A stretch of DNA of 62,509 nt from an uncultured virus (IMG/VR IMGVR_UViG_3300008110_000016) (lineage: Duplodnaviria > Heunggongvirae > Uroviricota > Caudoviricetes): IMG/VR virus record IMGVR_UViG_3300008110_000016; one strand, 5' to 3'. Below the pieces are notes generated by a model. The model was given only the letters and a program-made list of their open reading frames with translations. It ran no database searches and was not told where the DNA came from. Position numbers and translations under genes: made by a program. The first letter of the stretch is position 1; each line of letters begins with the position of its first letter. Positions 41,444-53,101 of this stretch are shown here, piece after piece.

Positions 41444-44119
41444 TTAAGAAATAGAAACTAAAGTAGCTATGTAAGACTTTGTTTGATCAACAAGCTTAGT
41501 ATTGTCTGCATTTTCAGTATGATAAACACAATTAAATTTAGCCTGTGGATTTATATAAGAATAAGCCTGGAGAACAATAGACTCTAATTCAGGATTAAAG
41601 TCTTTCTTTGCATGATCAAACACAGTATTAGCATCATAGGACAAATTATGAATCAAGCTATTATTGTTGTCATAAATTGTATAAACAGTAAATCCAGTTG
41701 TTGATCGATGGCGATAAACCTTAAAGAAGACAGTAGTGTCTTGAGCTAAAGTATACGTAGCGTAGTGTTGAAAATCTGGAGTATAAAATGGACAACGTTC
41801 TTGTCTATTTGGAATCATGCAAACGTGCCGTTCTACAGCTTGATGAGAACATGTGTACTGAGGAACTGGATTAGCATAAATGTAAGATTCAGAAAGATCT
41901 TTATTGTTACTGAAGTTAGAACAAATAATTTCTTTATGATTTAAATTAAATTCAGTTGAAGAAAAAACTACAGTAGAATCTATATACTTAGAGTAAAAAG
42001 ATTCAATATCAGAGCAATCAAGATTTAAAATTTCTTTAACACGAACTTGAGCATCAGCGCTAAGAATTCCATTTGGCTTAATTCCACTGTTAAGTGCTGC
42101 ATAAAGAAGTTCAACTGTCTGTTGATCTTTTTCAGTGTATGCAACATAGTTGGGACTAGTAATAAAGTTAGCTGATATATATTCAGCAACTTTGTTATAA
42201 ATAGATTGATCCACAATTATCTCCAAGTGGTTTGGTATACCTGATTTATTTTATTATTAAGTTCAGATATGTGGTTTTGTAAATTAGATATAATTTCGTC
42301 TTTTTCAGCGAGTTTTTGAACATAGTAATTATTGTCCTTAAGCTGAAGCTTAAGTAAATCAACAATATCCTGAGCAGCGTCAAGTAACTCTTCAGTTGTT
42401 TTAGAAACAGGAAGAGATTGAAGGTGAACTTCAGTAAACTGAGTTGGCTTTAAAACAAAAGCCTTACCGCCGCCAGAGCCAATCTGAATCAATCTTCCAG
42501 TTGACTTCATCAAATCAAAGATAGAATCAGAAAGCTGTGGTGCTACATCGGAAAAGTAAGAAGCAATAAAGTCTTTCCTAGAAAGAGGTATAAAATAAGC
42601 TTCTCCAGTAAAACCAGAAGTGTACAACTCATAAGTTGCAATTGATTCAGCAGAGGTGGTCATCTCATGAGTGGCAACACCAGTTTGGTCAGAAAGATTA
42701 ACAACAAATTGTCCCAAAGACTGACCTTGAGAAAGTGCAGTTTTAAACTGAGGAATAATAGACTTGTTGATAATATAAGCTGTAAAATGATTAAACTTTG
42801 TTAAAGAGTTTTCATTAACAAAGTCATCATAGCAAATTTTATTTAATTCTTCAAGAGAAGAAATATTGGTAATAGTCATTATATAGCCTTTACTGAATGC
42901 AAAGAAAGAACATTGTCCTTTACAAAATTCTTAACAGGAAAAGAAACGACATGCAAAGATGTCATATCTGGATACATTGATTTTACGACAGGATATATCT
43001 TTGAAAGAATGGAAATCTCATTAATGAGATCAACAGAATGATTGTCTACGAATAAAACGCAGTTTCCGTTATTCTCAGGAGTTAGATGACTTTGAGTCAA
43101 CCACGTCTGTAATGGCTGAGGCAAGTCTTTCATCCTCACGGGCCACGAGCGTTTCAGATCCATCTTTCATCACCTTTAGCATCTCACGTCTAGCGTTGGT
43201 TACATTTTCCTGAAAAGCCTTCTGCTGCTCTTCAGAAGCAAATGAAATCTGAGCAAGTAGGGCTTCAAGAAAGACCGCTTGCTCACCAAAGCCAACAACT
43301 AAAGTTGCGATCTGCTTTTCAAGAGACTCTATCTTCTTATCAAACTCAGCGAATTTAGAATCAGTTAATCTAGAAAAAGAAATGAAGATATCTTCAACAT
43401 ATCTTTTTAAAGAAGCTGCATCAGAATCAGAAGAATTATCATTGATAGAATCAGAAGTAACGTTGTCATCAGACATATTATACCTCATACCAAGTAGGAT
43501 TATTGGAAACATATGAGTTCAATGCCAGATCTAAAAGATATGAAATTGAACAAATGTCTTGACGAGTTACTTTAATTGAATCGACAGACAATGGAGTTTT
43601 CATGTCTGGAATAAATGCACCAGTATCGGAAACTCGGGCAGCAAAGTGTCCAGCTTTCCAAATAAAAGCACTAGAATCTACAGAGTCACCACTAGTCCAG
43701 TGATGTGCTTTGAATATTCTAGAAATAGCTTTTCCTTCTACTTTAGCTCCACCATAAGAAGCAAAGCCCTCTGGAGTAGGAATACCCATGCGGTCATTTG
43801 CAGGAAAGATTGTTGCTGCGTTTCCGTTAACTATTGCACGAAGGTATGCAGCAAAGTCAATTGCATCTACATAGAGATGCGTATGGCTAATGAGCTTACC
43901 GTCAGGAGAAGTTTTACCAATGTCAATTTTAAACTTCATTCCCTGAAACCAAGGACGAATTGACAAGAATCCGCTTTGGGTTTTTGATCTAAACCATTTC
44001 TTGTAAAGATCATTTTCATAATCTTTATTATCCTTGGAGAAGACAGCCTCAGGAGTATTGCTGTCGTCATCCAATTCACTTAAGAATGATTGTACTGTGT
44101 TGTACACTTCGTCTTCCAT
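41444..44119 (-). other. five hypothetical ORFs (41444-42226, 42217-42879, 42879-43163, 43075-43476, 43478-44119)
   Basis: Long coupled ORFs; no family recognised. Confidence 0.7.
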
Positions 44120-44131
44120 TTTGTCTCCTAT

Positions 44132-45739
44132 TTATTTTGATACTGGAATCTTTGGGGTAGATGGATTAGTCGATCTACTTGGGTTAAGTACTAGTTTAGC
44201 ATCTTGGAGCTGCTCAGAAGAGGCCCAATCCCACTGATCTAGTGCGTTTTTGTAAAGATCTTGAATCATTTGACGTGACTTGTTCCACAAGATATTACGC
44301 ATCTTGGGAGCATAGGACAAGATGTCAGAAGTATTGATTGCTCGCAGCTCAGAAGAACTAACATAGAACTTTACTTCTTTAATCAAAGACTTAATTTCTG
44401 CACCAGTAAAATACTGTGTTGCGTTTGAAATTGCATCAAGATTAAAAACATGATCAGTTTCAATATCAGACAAATAGATAGACAAAATGTCACGACGCTC
44501 ATTGAAACCAGGTAAGCCAACGAACATAATCTTATCAAAACGGTCTGCGCGAAGCATCTCGGGCTTAAGGTGCTCAAGCTGGTTGGCAGCACACATAAGG
44601 AATACATTATCTGGAAGCTCTTGCAAACCTGTTAAGAACTCGCCATGAACACGGTCAGTGGTGCCACCGTCAACATGGCTTGAGCTAGTGCCACCAGAAA
44701 GATCACGACCAAACTCGTCAATCCAAACACACAATGGTGCCATGGCATTAATCTGTTGGAACACAGCACGCATGTTCTGCTCTGATTGACCAATGTAAGA
44801 GTTCATAACTTGACTAACACCGGTACGAGCCAAATCTAGATCAAGAGCATTTGCAGTAGCTTCACAAATTGCTGACTTGCCAGTGCCAGGAATACCGACC
44901 ATAAGCATACGGCGGATAGGAGAAATGCCAAACTTTGCTGCTTGATCTGGGTTATGCCAGAGGTTGGCATTTCTGATGATAAGGTCTTTAATAGTATCTA
45001 AGCCACCAATGTTAGAAAATTTAACTTTAGGCTTAATGATTTCAAGAATACCGTGCTTCTTAATATCTTTCATCTTCTGCTGGTAAATATAATCAGCGGA
45101 AACTTCTCCAACTTCAAGAACAGATTGAAGTGCTAAGTTGATAAAATCAGATTCAGACAAACCAAGGCCAGCATCAACAATATTCTTTACCGGTTGCTTA
45201 ATAAGCAAACCGTCAGAAGACTTGTCAAGATGAGCAAGGACAGAAATAATTTCTTCTTTGGTAGGATAAGAAGTTTCTACGAGTTTAAAAATATGATTAA
45301 AATCTTGAGGGCATTCAGCATTGGAGACAACGATATACTGAATAGGCATTTGATCTACATCATTTGACCAAAATGCATCACGATACTGCATAATAGAATT
45401 GTTGAATATGCCGGCAAAAGTAGATACAAACTCATTGTGCTGAGCAAAGATATTAAAGATAAATGTCTTTGGAAGAGTTGTTTCATAAGTTTTCAAGAAC
45501 TCATTAGCGACAGTAAAGTCGTAAGTAGGAACAAAAAGTTTTTCTTCAGGATTATCAGGATTTGGCATTGAAACAAGGACTGGTTTCCAAGCACCATCAA
45601 CATACTGAGAAAATCCAGAAGAGTTGATCATAAAATAAGTGCGAGAGTTAAAATTAACAATAGATTCAATTGTTTTAAAAGTATCTACTGACTTAACCCA
45701 TAGAGATGGATATCCGAGTTTAATTTGAGAAAAAAGCAT
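44132..45739 (-). CDS. AAA+ ATPase (Ycf46-like)
   Basis: IGGLD, GIPGTGKS Walker A, VWIDE Walker B, AANQ, PEMLRADRFD. Confidence 0.93.
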   Translation of the reverse strand: MLFSQIKLGYPSLWVKSVDTFKTIESIVNFNSRTYFMINSSGFSQYVDGAWKPVLVSMPNPDNPEEKLFVPTYDFTVANEFLKTYETTLPKTFIFNIFAQHNEFVSTFAGIFNNSIMQYRDAFWSNDVDQMPIQYIVVSNAECPQDFNHIFKLVETSYPTKEEIISVLAHLDKSSDGLLIKQPVKNIVDAGLGLSESDFINLALQSVLEVGEVSADYIYQQKMKDIKKHGILEIIKPKVKFSNIGGLDTIKDLIIRNANLWHNPDQAAKFGISPIRRMLMVGIPGTGKSAICEATANALDLDLARTGVSQVMNSYIGQSEQNMRAVFQQINAMAPLCVWIDEFGRDLSGGTSSSHVDGGTTDRVHGEFLTGLQELPDNVFLMCAANQLEHLKPEMLRADRFDKIMFVGLPGFNERRDILSIYLSDIETDHVFNLDAISNATQYFTGAEIKSLIKEVKFYVSSSELRAINTSDILSYAPKMRNILWNKSRQMIQDLYKNALDQWDWASSEQLQDAKLVLNPSRSTNPSTPKIPVSK

Positions 45740-45768
45740 AAAGACCTTATATTAGCGGGTGGCTTTAG

Positions 45769-45815
45769 AAAAAAGTGGGGGAGTACATCCAGAAGTTTCC
45801 GATGTACTCCCCCAC
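45769..45815 (-). terminator. intrinsic terminator after the ubiquitin-like gene
   Basis: Perfect 15-bp inverted repeat GTGGGGGAGTACATC/GATGTACTCCCCCAC with T-tract on - strand. Confidence 0.85.
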
Positions 45816-45835
45816 AGATTGGAGAGAATTAAATC

Positions 45836-46093
45836 TCAGCCCTTCTCGCCAGCACGGCGATGGAACTCAATGTTGTCAGAGGCTGTGATGACATGGTCCT
45901 CTGCAAGCTTTTCCTTGCCCTTGTAAGCAACGGCATCTGAAGGAATGCCCCAAAGCTTTGAGAACTGCTCGCGAACTTCACGAACAGTCTTGCCAGCAAC
46001 GGGAGCAGGCTGAGTGTAAACGCCGAAACGGACGTTGGCCATCTGACCGCCAGAAGGCTGGGCAGCTGAACCTGAATTGTTAATTGCAGTCAT
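45836..46093 (-). CDS. ubiquitin-like beta-grasp protein (PRTRC-C / YukD-like)
   Basis: GKTVREVR...IEFHRRAGEKG ending in Gly; downstream of E1. Confidence 0.8.
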   Translation of the reverse strand: MTAINNSGSAAQPSGGQMANVRFGVYTQPAPVAGKTVREVREQFSKLWGIPSDAVAYKGKEKLAEDHVITASDNIEFHRRAGEKG

Positions 46094-46113
46094 TGGAGTA
46101 TCTCCTTGTTATT

Positions 46114-46866
46114 TTATGAGTATGCAGGTTGGTTAACGGGACGACGATCATATGGTTCAGATTTACCGATTCCAAGATCAAAATAAATCTCTGCTTCGTC
46201 TGGACTTTGATTTGATACAATTGTTTTCTGTACTCGTCCAAGAAGGAATGCAGCAACAGCCATGTTTGTAGCAAGAAGCTGAGTGCCACCTTCAATCTTG
46301 GCGCGATCTTGACACGATAGTTCACCAGGGTTCTTGTCTGGTGGATTATCGTATTCTGGATGTGTATTTACCGGATGATCGGTAACATCAGCACCGTGAC
46401 GACGCTGATAATGATAGATACTTCCAAACAAAGCATCATCGTTGCCACCAGTAAAAACATCGACATTTGTTAAATTAGATGCAGCATCGAAAAGAACTTT
46501 ACGAGCAGCAAAGTTATCGACAACAGCAAAAACGACATCTCCTTCAGTGATCAACTGAGAAGCTGGAATCTTAGGAGATTCATCGTCAGCAACTCCTTTG
46601 AAGTCGTCACTGACAACCCATTTTGGAACAGGAATAAACATTGTCTTAGGAAACTGCTGAGTCAACTCATTAGCTGTAGCAATTGCTTTATTTCCCATTT
46701 GAGTAAAAGATTGACGCTCTTTGTTCTTCTCTTCATAGTTGTCTCCGTCGACAATAATAAGAGCAGAACCAGGATACTTAAATTCAAGCAACCGAGCAAG
46801 GCCGGCAGCAAGCCAAGTGCCAATGCCACCTGCACCAATCAATACAAATCTTTTCTGTTCATTCAT
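46114..46866 (-). CDS. ThiF/E1-like adenylyltransferase
   Basis: IGAGGIG, VDGD.YEEKN..RQ, VDNF..R, candidate catalytic SC, QL..TN. Confidence 0.92.
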   Translation of the reverse strand: MNEQKRFVLIGAGGIGTWLAAGLARLLEFKYPGSALIIVDGDNYEEKNKERQSFTQMGNKAIATANELTQQFPKTMFIPVPKWVVSDDFKGVADDESPKIPASQLITEGDVVFAVVDNFAARKVLFDAASNLTNVDVFTGGNDDALFGSIYHYQRRHGADVTDHPVNTHPEYDNPPDKNPGELSCQDRAKIEGGTQLLATNMAVAAFLLGRVQKTIVSNQSPDEAEIYFDLGIGKSEPYDRRPVNQPAYS

Positions 46867-48553
46867 AATAAAGTGATCCACTTTCATAGGTATAAGTTTC
46901 TGACGATTCTTTGTAATGAACAAAAGACTCGCAATCAGAAATTAGTTCAACATGCATTAGTCCATCTGTCATATAATCTACAACAGATTTTCTAAAAGAA
47001 GGACATGAAGAACTAAAATAATGTTGACAATCAAAACACTTAGAATCTTTAGAATAGATGTCCATGTTTGTGTGAGCGTTGTCAAAAATAGCAACGTCAG
47101 CTTCTAGAACAAGAGACTTGCAGGAACAAGACTCCATCATAGAAGCAGGAAGATTGCAGCAAAGAGTATATGAGTTCTCAAAAACTGGTTCATCTATCAA
47201 TGAAACATATGAATCAGAATCGCCATAATCAGATCCAGCATCACCAGGAGCAACTCCTTGTGGCTTAATATTAAGCAAGAAGTTGTTCATGGAATTACTG
47301 TCGTCTAAACAGTAAACATAATAAGCAACAGTTGGATCAAGCTTACGATCTGCACAATACATATGAAGCATTGTAAGGATTTCAAAATGTCCCATTTCAG
47401 GAGTAATAATGGGACTATCACAAGTCATACAGAAACCAGAATTAATGTCTTTTTCTGCAAGAGGGAAATCGCAAATCAAACAATCTGAATTTGGATTAAC
47501 CCTTTCGTCGTACTCAAATGCAACAATAGCATCATTCTCTACAGATTTTAAGTCTTCAATAAATTTAGATTTATCAAAAGACTTAATCGTAGAAACCGTG
47601 TCCGTACCAGCTGTTGTAGCTGGAGAGTTGTGAGTTTGAGCCCACGCTGTTTGATACGACTGGGCTGGAGGAAGAGCCGTGTTGTGCGCCTGAGTAGCCA
47701 AAACCCCCGTAGACGGGGGGAGAACTTTTTTTACTTTAGTACTCCACTCGACAACTTCGGGATCAGGATCTTTGGAATGACTGTAGTATTCAAAAACATC
47801 TTCAGGATCAAGCTTGTAATGGTCTCCGCCAATCTGAAGCTCAATGTGATACTGAGTAGCACCACCGTTTACAGTCTTCTGCCAACCGTAAGTAATATGA
47901 ACTCCGTCAAAGTCAGCTTGGTCTTCATGGTCAGTGCCAGAAGCATAAGCAGACATTTCAGGGTGACTATGAACAGAGCCAACAATCATCAAATGATCAG
48001 GCTTCATCTCAGCAATAGAGTCAGCATCATACTTGCAGTGAACAGAAGTATTTTGCTGCTCGGGGACTAAAACGCCCCAACCATCAGATCCTTCTTTGGT
48101 GGTGTCAAAAGTAAGAATAACGATTGACTCAGTGCCATGCTGAGCATGAACGAGTCTAAAGAACTCATCAAGCTTATCAATGATAACCCTTGGAATAGGG
48201 GGCATATTGTACTCAGCGACTTCCTTAACAGGACAGAAGCTGTTTCCAAAAGGCTCTTTGGATTCCATAACAGCACGACCAGTAAAGTTATTAACAACTT
48301 TAAAGATCGCTGGACTGTAGTCATAGACTTCAGTAGGAACCATTACGCCTTTATCATTTTTAGCCTGAATGGTCTTGCTGGTTTCTTTATCAGTGATGAT
48401 GTAATAAATTTGAAAACCAAAGCTTTCTACTGTTTCACAGAAATCATCTACGACATCGTAGTTGTTTGCAATAAAACAGGGTGCTCCGTTTGGCATCCAA
48501 AAATAGTTAAGATCATCTAGTGTGATGTATTTTGTATCATTATCGTTAGACAT
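46859..48553 (-). CDS. JAB/MPN metalloprotease (deubiquitinase-like) with Cys-rich C-terminus
   Basis: E...GSVHSHPEMSAYASGTD JAMM motif. Confidence 0.88.
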   Translation of the reverse strand: MSNDNDTKYITLDDLNYFWMPNGAPCFIANNYDVVDDFCETVESFGFQIYYIITDKETSKTIQAKNDKGVMVPTEVYDYSPAIFKVVNNFTGRAVMESKEPFGNSFCPVKEVAEYNMPPIPRVIIDKLDEFFRLVHAQHGTESIVILTFDTTKEGSDGWGVLVPEQQNTSVHCKYDADSIAEMKPDHLMIVGSVHSHPEMSAYASGTDHEDQADFDGVHITYGWQKTVNGGATQYHIELQIGGDHYKLDPEDVFEYYSHSKDPDPEVVEWSTKVKKVLPPSTGVLATQAHNTALPPAQSYQTAWAQTHNSPATTAGTDTVSTIKSFDKSKFIEDLKSVENDAIVAFEYDERVNPNSDCLICDFPLAEKDINSGFCMTCDSPIITPEMGHFEILTMLHMYCADRKLDPTVAYYVYCLDDSNSMNNFLLNIKPQGVAPGDAGSDYGDSDSYVSLIDEPVFENSYTLCCNLPASMMESCSCKSLVLEADVAIFDNAHTNMDIYSKDSKCFDCQHYFSSSCPSFRKSVVDYMTDGLMHVELISDCESFVHYKESSETYTYESGSLYYE

Positions 48554-48590
48554 AAAACTCCTATAATATATCTATTCGTAGCTTTGATTG

Positions 48591-50435
48591 CTAAAATGGG
48601 TCATTGTCAGGCTTTTGAGCTTGAAGATGAATCTTTGATGAAAGTTTTAATTTATCTAACTGAATGTGATACTCTTTGTAGTTAGAATTCTTAGGATTAA
48701 ATTTAATAGCTGGTGCAGCATCGTTAAAGTCAACAATAGTGCATTCTGCACAACAGGCTTTAAAATCAATAGAGTCGTTCTCAAGATGAACTGTATGATC
48801 AATGCCTGCATTTATCTCAGTTGAAAAAGCATTCTTAAGATAACCGCAAGGGCAAATCATATAGCTTATAGAACAAGATTTACAAATAGCTACTGAAGTA
48901 TTTTCAATAGTGGTATCAATTTGATTACCTTCGTCATCAAATACATACTTAGGAGTAGCTATTAAAGTGTTAATAAAATCTTTATTAAAACCAGGTTCAT
49001 TGATAAATGAAATAGTGCAGGAATAGCAATGAGATACTTGAAGATCAAGATCATTAGCATATGTTTCTACACAAGAAACACAATACTTTTCACCTTCGTT
49101 TTCATTATAGAAAACATAAGGAATATGTTTGTTTAAACCACTGACACCATATGTTTCATCACAGTCACAGACGGCAATTGAGTCAAAGTGTTCATGAAAG
49201 TGTTCAGAAAGATGTTCTGAATAAGAGATGTTGCTATCTTCAGTGGCATAATAGGCATCTGCTGATTTAATGTAAATGTAGTTCTGACTCAAACAATCTG
49301 AACATACGTAGTTGCCATAAGCATCTGTACACTGTTCTTGAATGTCTATATCATTTTCACATGATTCACAATAGAAAATATTTTCATCGTCTTCGTCATC
49401 ATGGTGAGAATTATTATGGGCATCAGGAGCATTTAAAAGAGAAGATCCTTTAAATTCAGCAGAGCCCTTTTGGTCTTTAATCTTCTGAGAAGCTTCAAAA
49501 GTATTATGAAGAATATGAGGACTCTGAGCGTTTGCAGCTGTATAAGCAGAAACAAAATAGCTCATAATGTCAGAAGCAGAAAGTTCTCTATCTGGACGAA
49601 TAACAGCATTAATAGGCTTAGTGTGCTGATCGTCATAATAGTATGCTCGGTAATCACCAACTACTGCATCAGCAAATGTAAGAGGATTGCCATTTGAATC
49701 ATGAGCCTTCTGATCGTCTTTATCTTTTACAAGAACAGGAATCCACAAAGACTCATCCAAAGTCCATTCATATCCTTCTTTGGACTTTTCCTCCCAGAGA
49801 ACTGGGCTCCAAAGATATTCAGGCTTTCCGTTCTCGCGATAAAAACGAATGCCATCAGTCTCTGACATGTTGTCATCATTGTATGTTTCTACGCCAGAAC
49901 AACGTTCAATAAAGCGTACAATACGCTCATTTAAAGGAAGATGGGACCAATCTTCATTCTGATATAAACACTGCCAACCAACACCATTATTGCGGTAACC
50001 CTTACAATTGGTATTAGGAAGGTTGACATGGTAGAGTGGTTGAGTTGGACTTGTGATAGGGTAAGGAGAATAAAACATTCTCGCACCAAGAAGATTGCCT
50101 TCTTTCATATCACAAATAATAATACGATAAGGCTGAGCAACATAATAAGCGGTTGCTAAGCCTCCTTCGTTCTTAGACCAGTTAACGTGATACAAACCAG
50201 GTTTATGCTGATAAGCAAATTGAGTATAGATTCCAGCGGTTCTAATAGAAAGAATACCAGAGCCTTCTACGGGAAGAAGGCCTGTATCCCAAGCTGAGAA
50301 TGTAGAGAAGTGATTGTAAAAAGATACAATATCCTTCTCAGTTACGTGGTCTAAATTAAAAGACTTAACAGTAGACCGTACGGAAATATTACCTTGTTCG
50401 GTATTAACAATAGAATAATTTACTTTATCAGACAT
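48591..50435 (-). CDS. prokaryotic E2 (family D)-like protein with C-terminal zinc-finger repeats
   Basis: TGLLP, AQPYRII, MFYSP.P...PLYHVNLPN...GWQC; many CxxC in C-terminal half; adjacent to JAB/E1/Ubl. Confidence 0.6.
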   Translation of the reverse strand: MSDKVNYSIVNTEQGNISVRSTVKSFNLDHVTEKDIVSFYNHFSTFSAWDTGLLPVEGSGILSIRTAGIYTQFAYQHKPGLYHVNWSKNEGGLATAYYVAQPYRIIICDMKEGNLLGARMFYSPYPITSPTQPLYHVNLPNTNCKGYRNNGVGWQCLYQNEDWSHLPLNERIVRFIERCSGVETYNDDNMSETDGIRFYRENGKPEYLWSPVLWEEKSKEGYEWTLDESLWIPVLVKDKDDQKAHDSNGNPLTFADAVVGDYRAYYYDDQHTKPINAVIRPDRELSASDIMSYFVSAYTAANAQSPHILHNTFEASQKIKDQKGSAEFKGSSLLNAPDAHNNSHHDDEDDENIFYCESCENDIDIQEQCTDAYGNYVCSDCLSQNYIYIKSADAYYATEDSNISYSEHLSEHFHEHFDSIAVCDCDETYGVSGLNKHIPYVFYNENEGEKYCVSCVETYANDLDLQVSHCYSCTISFINEPGFNKDFINTLIATPKYVFDDEGNQIDTTIENTSVAICKSCSISYMICPCGYLKNAFSTEINAGIDHTVHLENDSIDFKACCAECTIVDFNDAAPAIKFNPKNSNYKEYHIQLDKLKLSSKIHLQAQKPDNDPF

Positions 50436-50444
50436 AAAACCTAC

Positions 50445-51070
50445 TTATTGGTTATCAATAATATCAGAAAGATCTCTGTCTATCTCAGAAGAGTAGTCAG
50501 AGAAAGTGGTGGTAAACCAAACTGGATCAGCTTCAAGAGCATTGATCACAGCGAGTTTGTTAGAAAGTTCTTCTTGAACACTAACTAAATCAGCGAGTCT
50601 ATCAATGGCTTTTGCCATTTTCTTGAGATCACTTTTTTGATTAGTAGCTTTTAGTACAAAATGAATAATTGGAATATCATTGAAAACAAAGTGTTCAACA
50701 ATCTTATCTATTCTTGAATTAATTTGTTCAAGTTGAGATTCCAAATTTCTCTTTGCGCTTTTTCCTGAATTAAAAGAAAAAGGAAAAGTATCTATAGAAG
50801 AGATTCCTTCTGGAATCCGTTCTGGATATTTGTTCATATTTTAGATTTCCTGTAGTTAGAAGATATTTCTTTCACATATTGTTTAAGAGAAATACCTGTC
50901 GTTACGACGGTGGCAGCACTGACAACTATCCTTGTAAGGAGTTTAGCCAAGTGCGCTTCATCAAAAATAAAAGATGATTTAGATGGAGACGGAGCTACAT
51001 CAAAATAACAATCTTTTAAATAAGATTCTATTTTATTATTAACAGTATTTTTGTCTAGCTTCATATTCAC
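50445..51070 (-). other. two hypothetical ORFs (50445-50837, 50834-51070)
   Basis: ORF track, coupled. Confidence 0.6.
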
Positions 51071-51112
51071 TCTTCCTACATAAAGGATATTTGGTTTAAT
51101 TTTGTGTATGAA

Positions 51113-51565
51113 CTAGATGGTTTGATATTTAAGTTTTCTAAACTTTCTTCCATCAGAACCAAAGTAGTTCATTACCAGTTCAAATGTAAGCATAAAAAAT
51201 AAAGGAATAAATGGAACTATTCCGTAAAGAACATTAAAAAGTATTGTTAGAAGTATAAACAATACACCGAATGCTGGGCCAGCAAATAGAACAGATCTAG
51301 CATGCTGCATGTCTAAGTTTTTAATTCTTGTTATTCCAATTATTAAAGGGAATAAGGGAATTAAAAATGGAAGATCTGGTTCGCCACCTTTTAGTTTTGC
51401 AACTATAAAGTGACCAAACTCATGAACCAACAATGCGGCAATCATGATAAATACAACAGGAGAATGAACTATTGTATAGTTAATTGCAGCTGCGCCTAGA
51501 ACAGAGCCAATCATTAAAATGTATTGACTCTTCTTACGCTTCTTTCGCTCGGAACTCCTTGACAT
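51113..51565 (-). CDS. site-2 protease (M50)-like membrane metalloprotease
   Basis: LVHEFGH, FAGP, SDG within a hydrophobic protein. Confidence 0.8.
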   Translation of the reverse strand: MSRSSERKKRKKSQYILMIGSVLGAAAINYTIVHSPVVFIMIAALLVHEFGHFIVAKLKGGEPDLPFLIPLFPLIIGITRIKNLDMQHARSVLFAGPAFGVLFILLTILFNVLYGIVPFIPLFFMLTFELVMNYFGSDGRKFRKLKYQTI

Positions 51566-52235
51566 ATTCATTCATTCTTTCTTCAAGATTATCTTTATCG
51601 AAGTATTGAATATAAAGATCATTGATGACATCAGCAGTATTATTAATGACATCAGTCTCTGTATTTAAATCAATAAGAGATAGGTCTTTGTCAATTTGCA
51701 TGATGTCACATAAAGACTTATAAAGAGCAATCTCATGTTGAAGCATAAACATTTCAATGTTGTAATAGCTTCTAAAGAACATGTCAAAATAAGACTCAGA
51801 AAGATTGAGCTTAAAATCATCAACAGCTGCAGCAACAATATTCTTTTCTTGATCCTTATCTAGGATAATATTCAAGAAACGAATAATAGTCTTCTTACGA
51901 GCAATGACTTCTTTGCAGCATTCTAGCCTATGCTTGTAGAGAAACCGTCCTTGAGTAAGTTCGGCAAGCTCTTTAACAATAGCAGAAGCGTTGGCTTCTT
52001 TGTAACCTAGGTTTACCCATTCATCTGCAGCAGCATAGAACGCTTCACCCAAGTTTACCTTAAGGCTAGAATTTTGAAGTAGCTTTTTAAATGGAGAATC
52101 TACATCTGCAAGAAGCTTGTCAAAAGGCTGAGGAGTATCAGGAGTTGTATTTTCAGAGAAAACATCTGTAGAATCAGAATCTACATAATCCTGAAAGATG
52201 TCATCATCGTCAGTAGAAAAAATATTGTCAGACAT
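51534..52235 (-). CDS. hypothetical protein
   Basis: 233 aa ORF. Confidence 0.7.
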   Translation of the reverse strand: MSDNIFSTDDDDIFQDYVDSDSTDVFSENTTPDTPQPFDKLLADVDSPFKKLLQNSSLKVNLGEAFYAAADEWVNLGYKEANASAIVKELAELTQGRFLYKHRLECCKEVIARKKTIIRFLNIILDKDQEKNIVAAAVDDFKLNLSESYFDMFFRSYYNIEMFMLQHEIALYKSLCDIMQIDKDLSLIDLNTETDVINNTADVINDLYIQYFDKDNLEERMNEYVKEFRAKEA

Positions 52236-52239
52236 AACT

Positions 52240-52641
52240 CTATTCCGATAGTTTATATTTATAGTTTAGGAGATCAGCCAAAGCCGTATTTTTGCTTATA
52301 CCAATCTTATCAACATAATCAAAAATGTAATCAGATTTGTCTTTATCAAATCCATTAAGATTACCATCTAGAATATGAGATATTAAAGCAGAACGCTGTT
52401 CTGGTGTTGAACCACCCCATATGCCATCATAGCCATAAAGGGTAGCTTCATAAAAACAGTCTTTTCTTACAGGACAAGACTTACATATTGATAATGCTTG
52501 ATAGACTGTTGGAGATTTAGGAGTTGAAAAAAAAATAGAAGTACTGACAGTAGAGCATGCTGCTTGATCTCTCCATGACATTTCTTTATAGTCTATGGAG
52601 GACATGTCTTTATGTCCTTTAATTTTTATTTTACGAGCCAT
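52240..52641 (-). CDS. whiB: WhiB-family transcription factor
   Basis: WRDQAAC...FF...IC..CPV...C...GIWGG. Confidence 0.93.
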   Translation of the reverse strand: MARKIKIKGHKDMSSIDYKEMSWRDQAACSTVSTSIFFSTPKSPTVYQALSICKSCPVRKDCFYEATLYGYDGIWGGSTPEQRSALISHILDGNLNGFDKDKSDYIFDYVDKIGISKNTALADLLNYKYKLSE

Positions 52642-52912
52642 TAGATTCCTTGAAAGTATTTATATACATATCATACTTTTCAAGTATCTGTTGATTAATC
52701 TGGATCAGGTAAGATAAAGCTTTAAGTAAAGAAGAATACGCATTAACGTAATCTTGACGATTGTAGAATTCTTGAGATAAATCAAGAATAGTCTTTACGT
52801 GAAAAGAATCTTTGAAAAGATTAGATATGTCTTGAGATACAGAAGTAACGTTGGATATTCGCTCATCGAGTAGTGCATACTCTTGCTGCACTAATTCATC
52901 TAAGTTGTCCAT
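52631..52912 (-). CDS. hypothetical protein
   Basis: AGGAG SD before MDNLDE; the longer track ORF runs into the tRNA. Confidence 0.65.
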   Translation of the reverse strand: MDNLDELVQQEYALLDERISNVTSVSQDISNLFKDSFHVKTILDLSQEFYNRQDYVNAYSSLLKALSYLIQINQQILEKYDMYINTFKESNGS

Positions 52913-52923
52913 TATTTCTCCTG

Positions 52924-52997
52924 TACCGCACATGGGAATTGAACCCATCAATGGATGTTTATAAGACATCTGTGTTCAACCAGCTCACCCGTGCGGT
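52924..52997 (-). tRNA. tRNA-Ile(TAT)
   Basis: ACCGCAC/GTGCGGT acceptor, GATGT-CTTATAA-ACATC, ATGGG-TTCAATT-CCCAT, A73. Confidence 0.85.
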
Positions 52998-53101
52998 GTG
53001 TTGACACTTACGTCCATTGTTATTTTGGTTGATATGATACAGGATAAATAACATAAAAACAACAGGTATTACTTTTTTTGTATGATATTTTTTAAAAGAA
53101 A

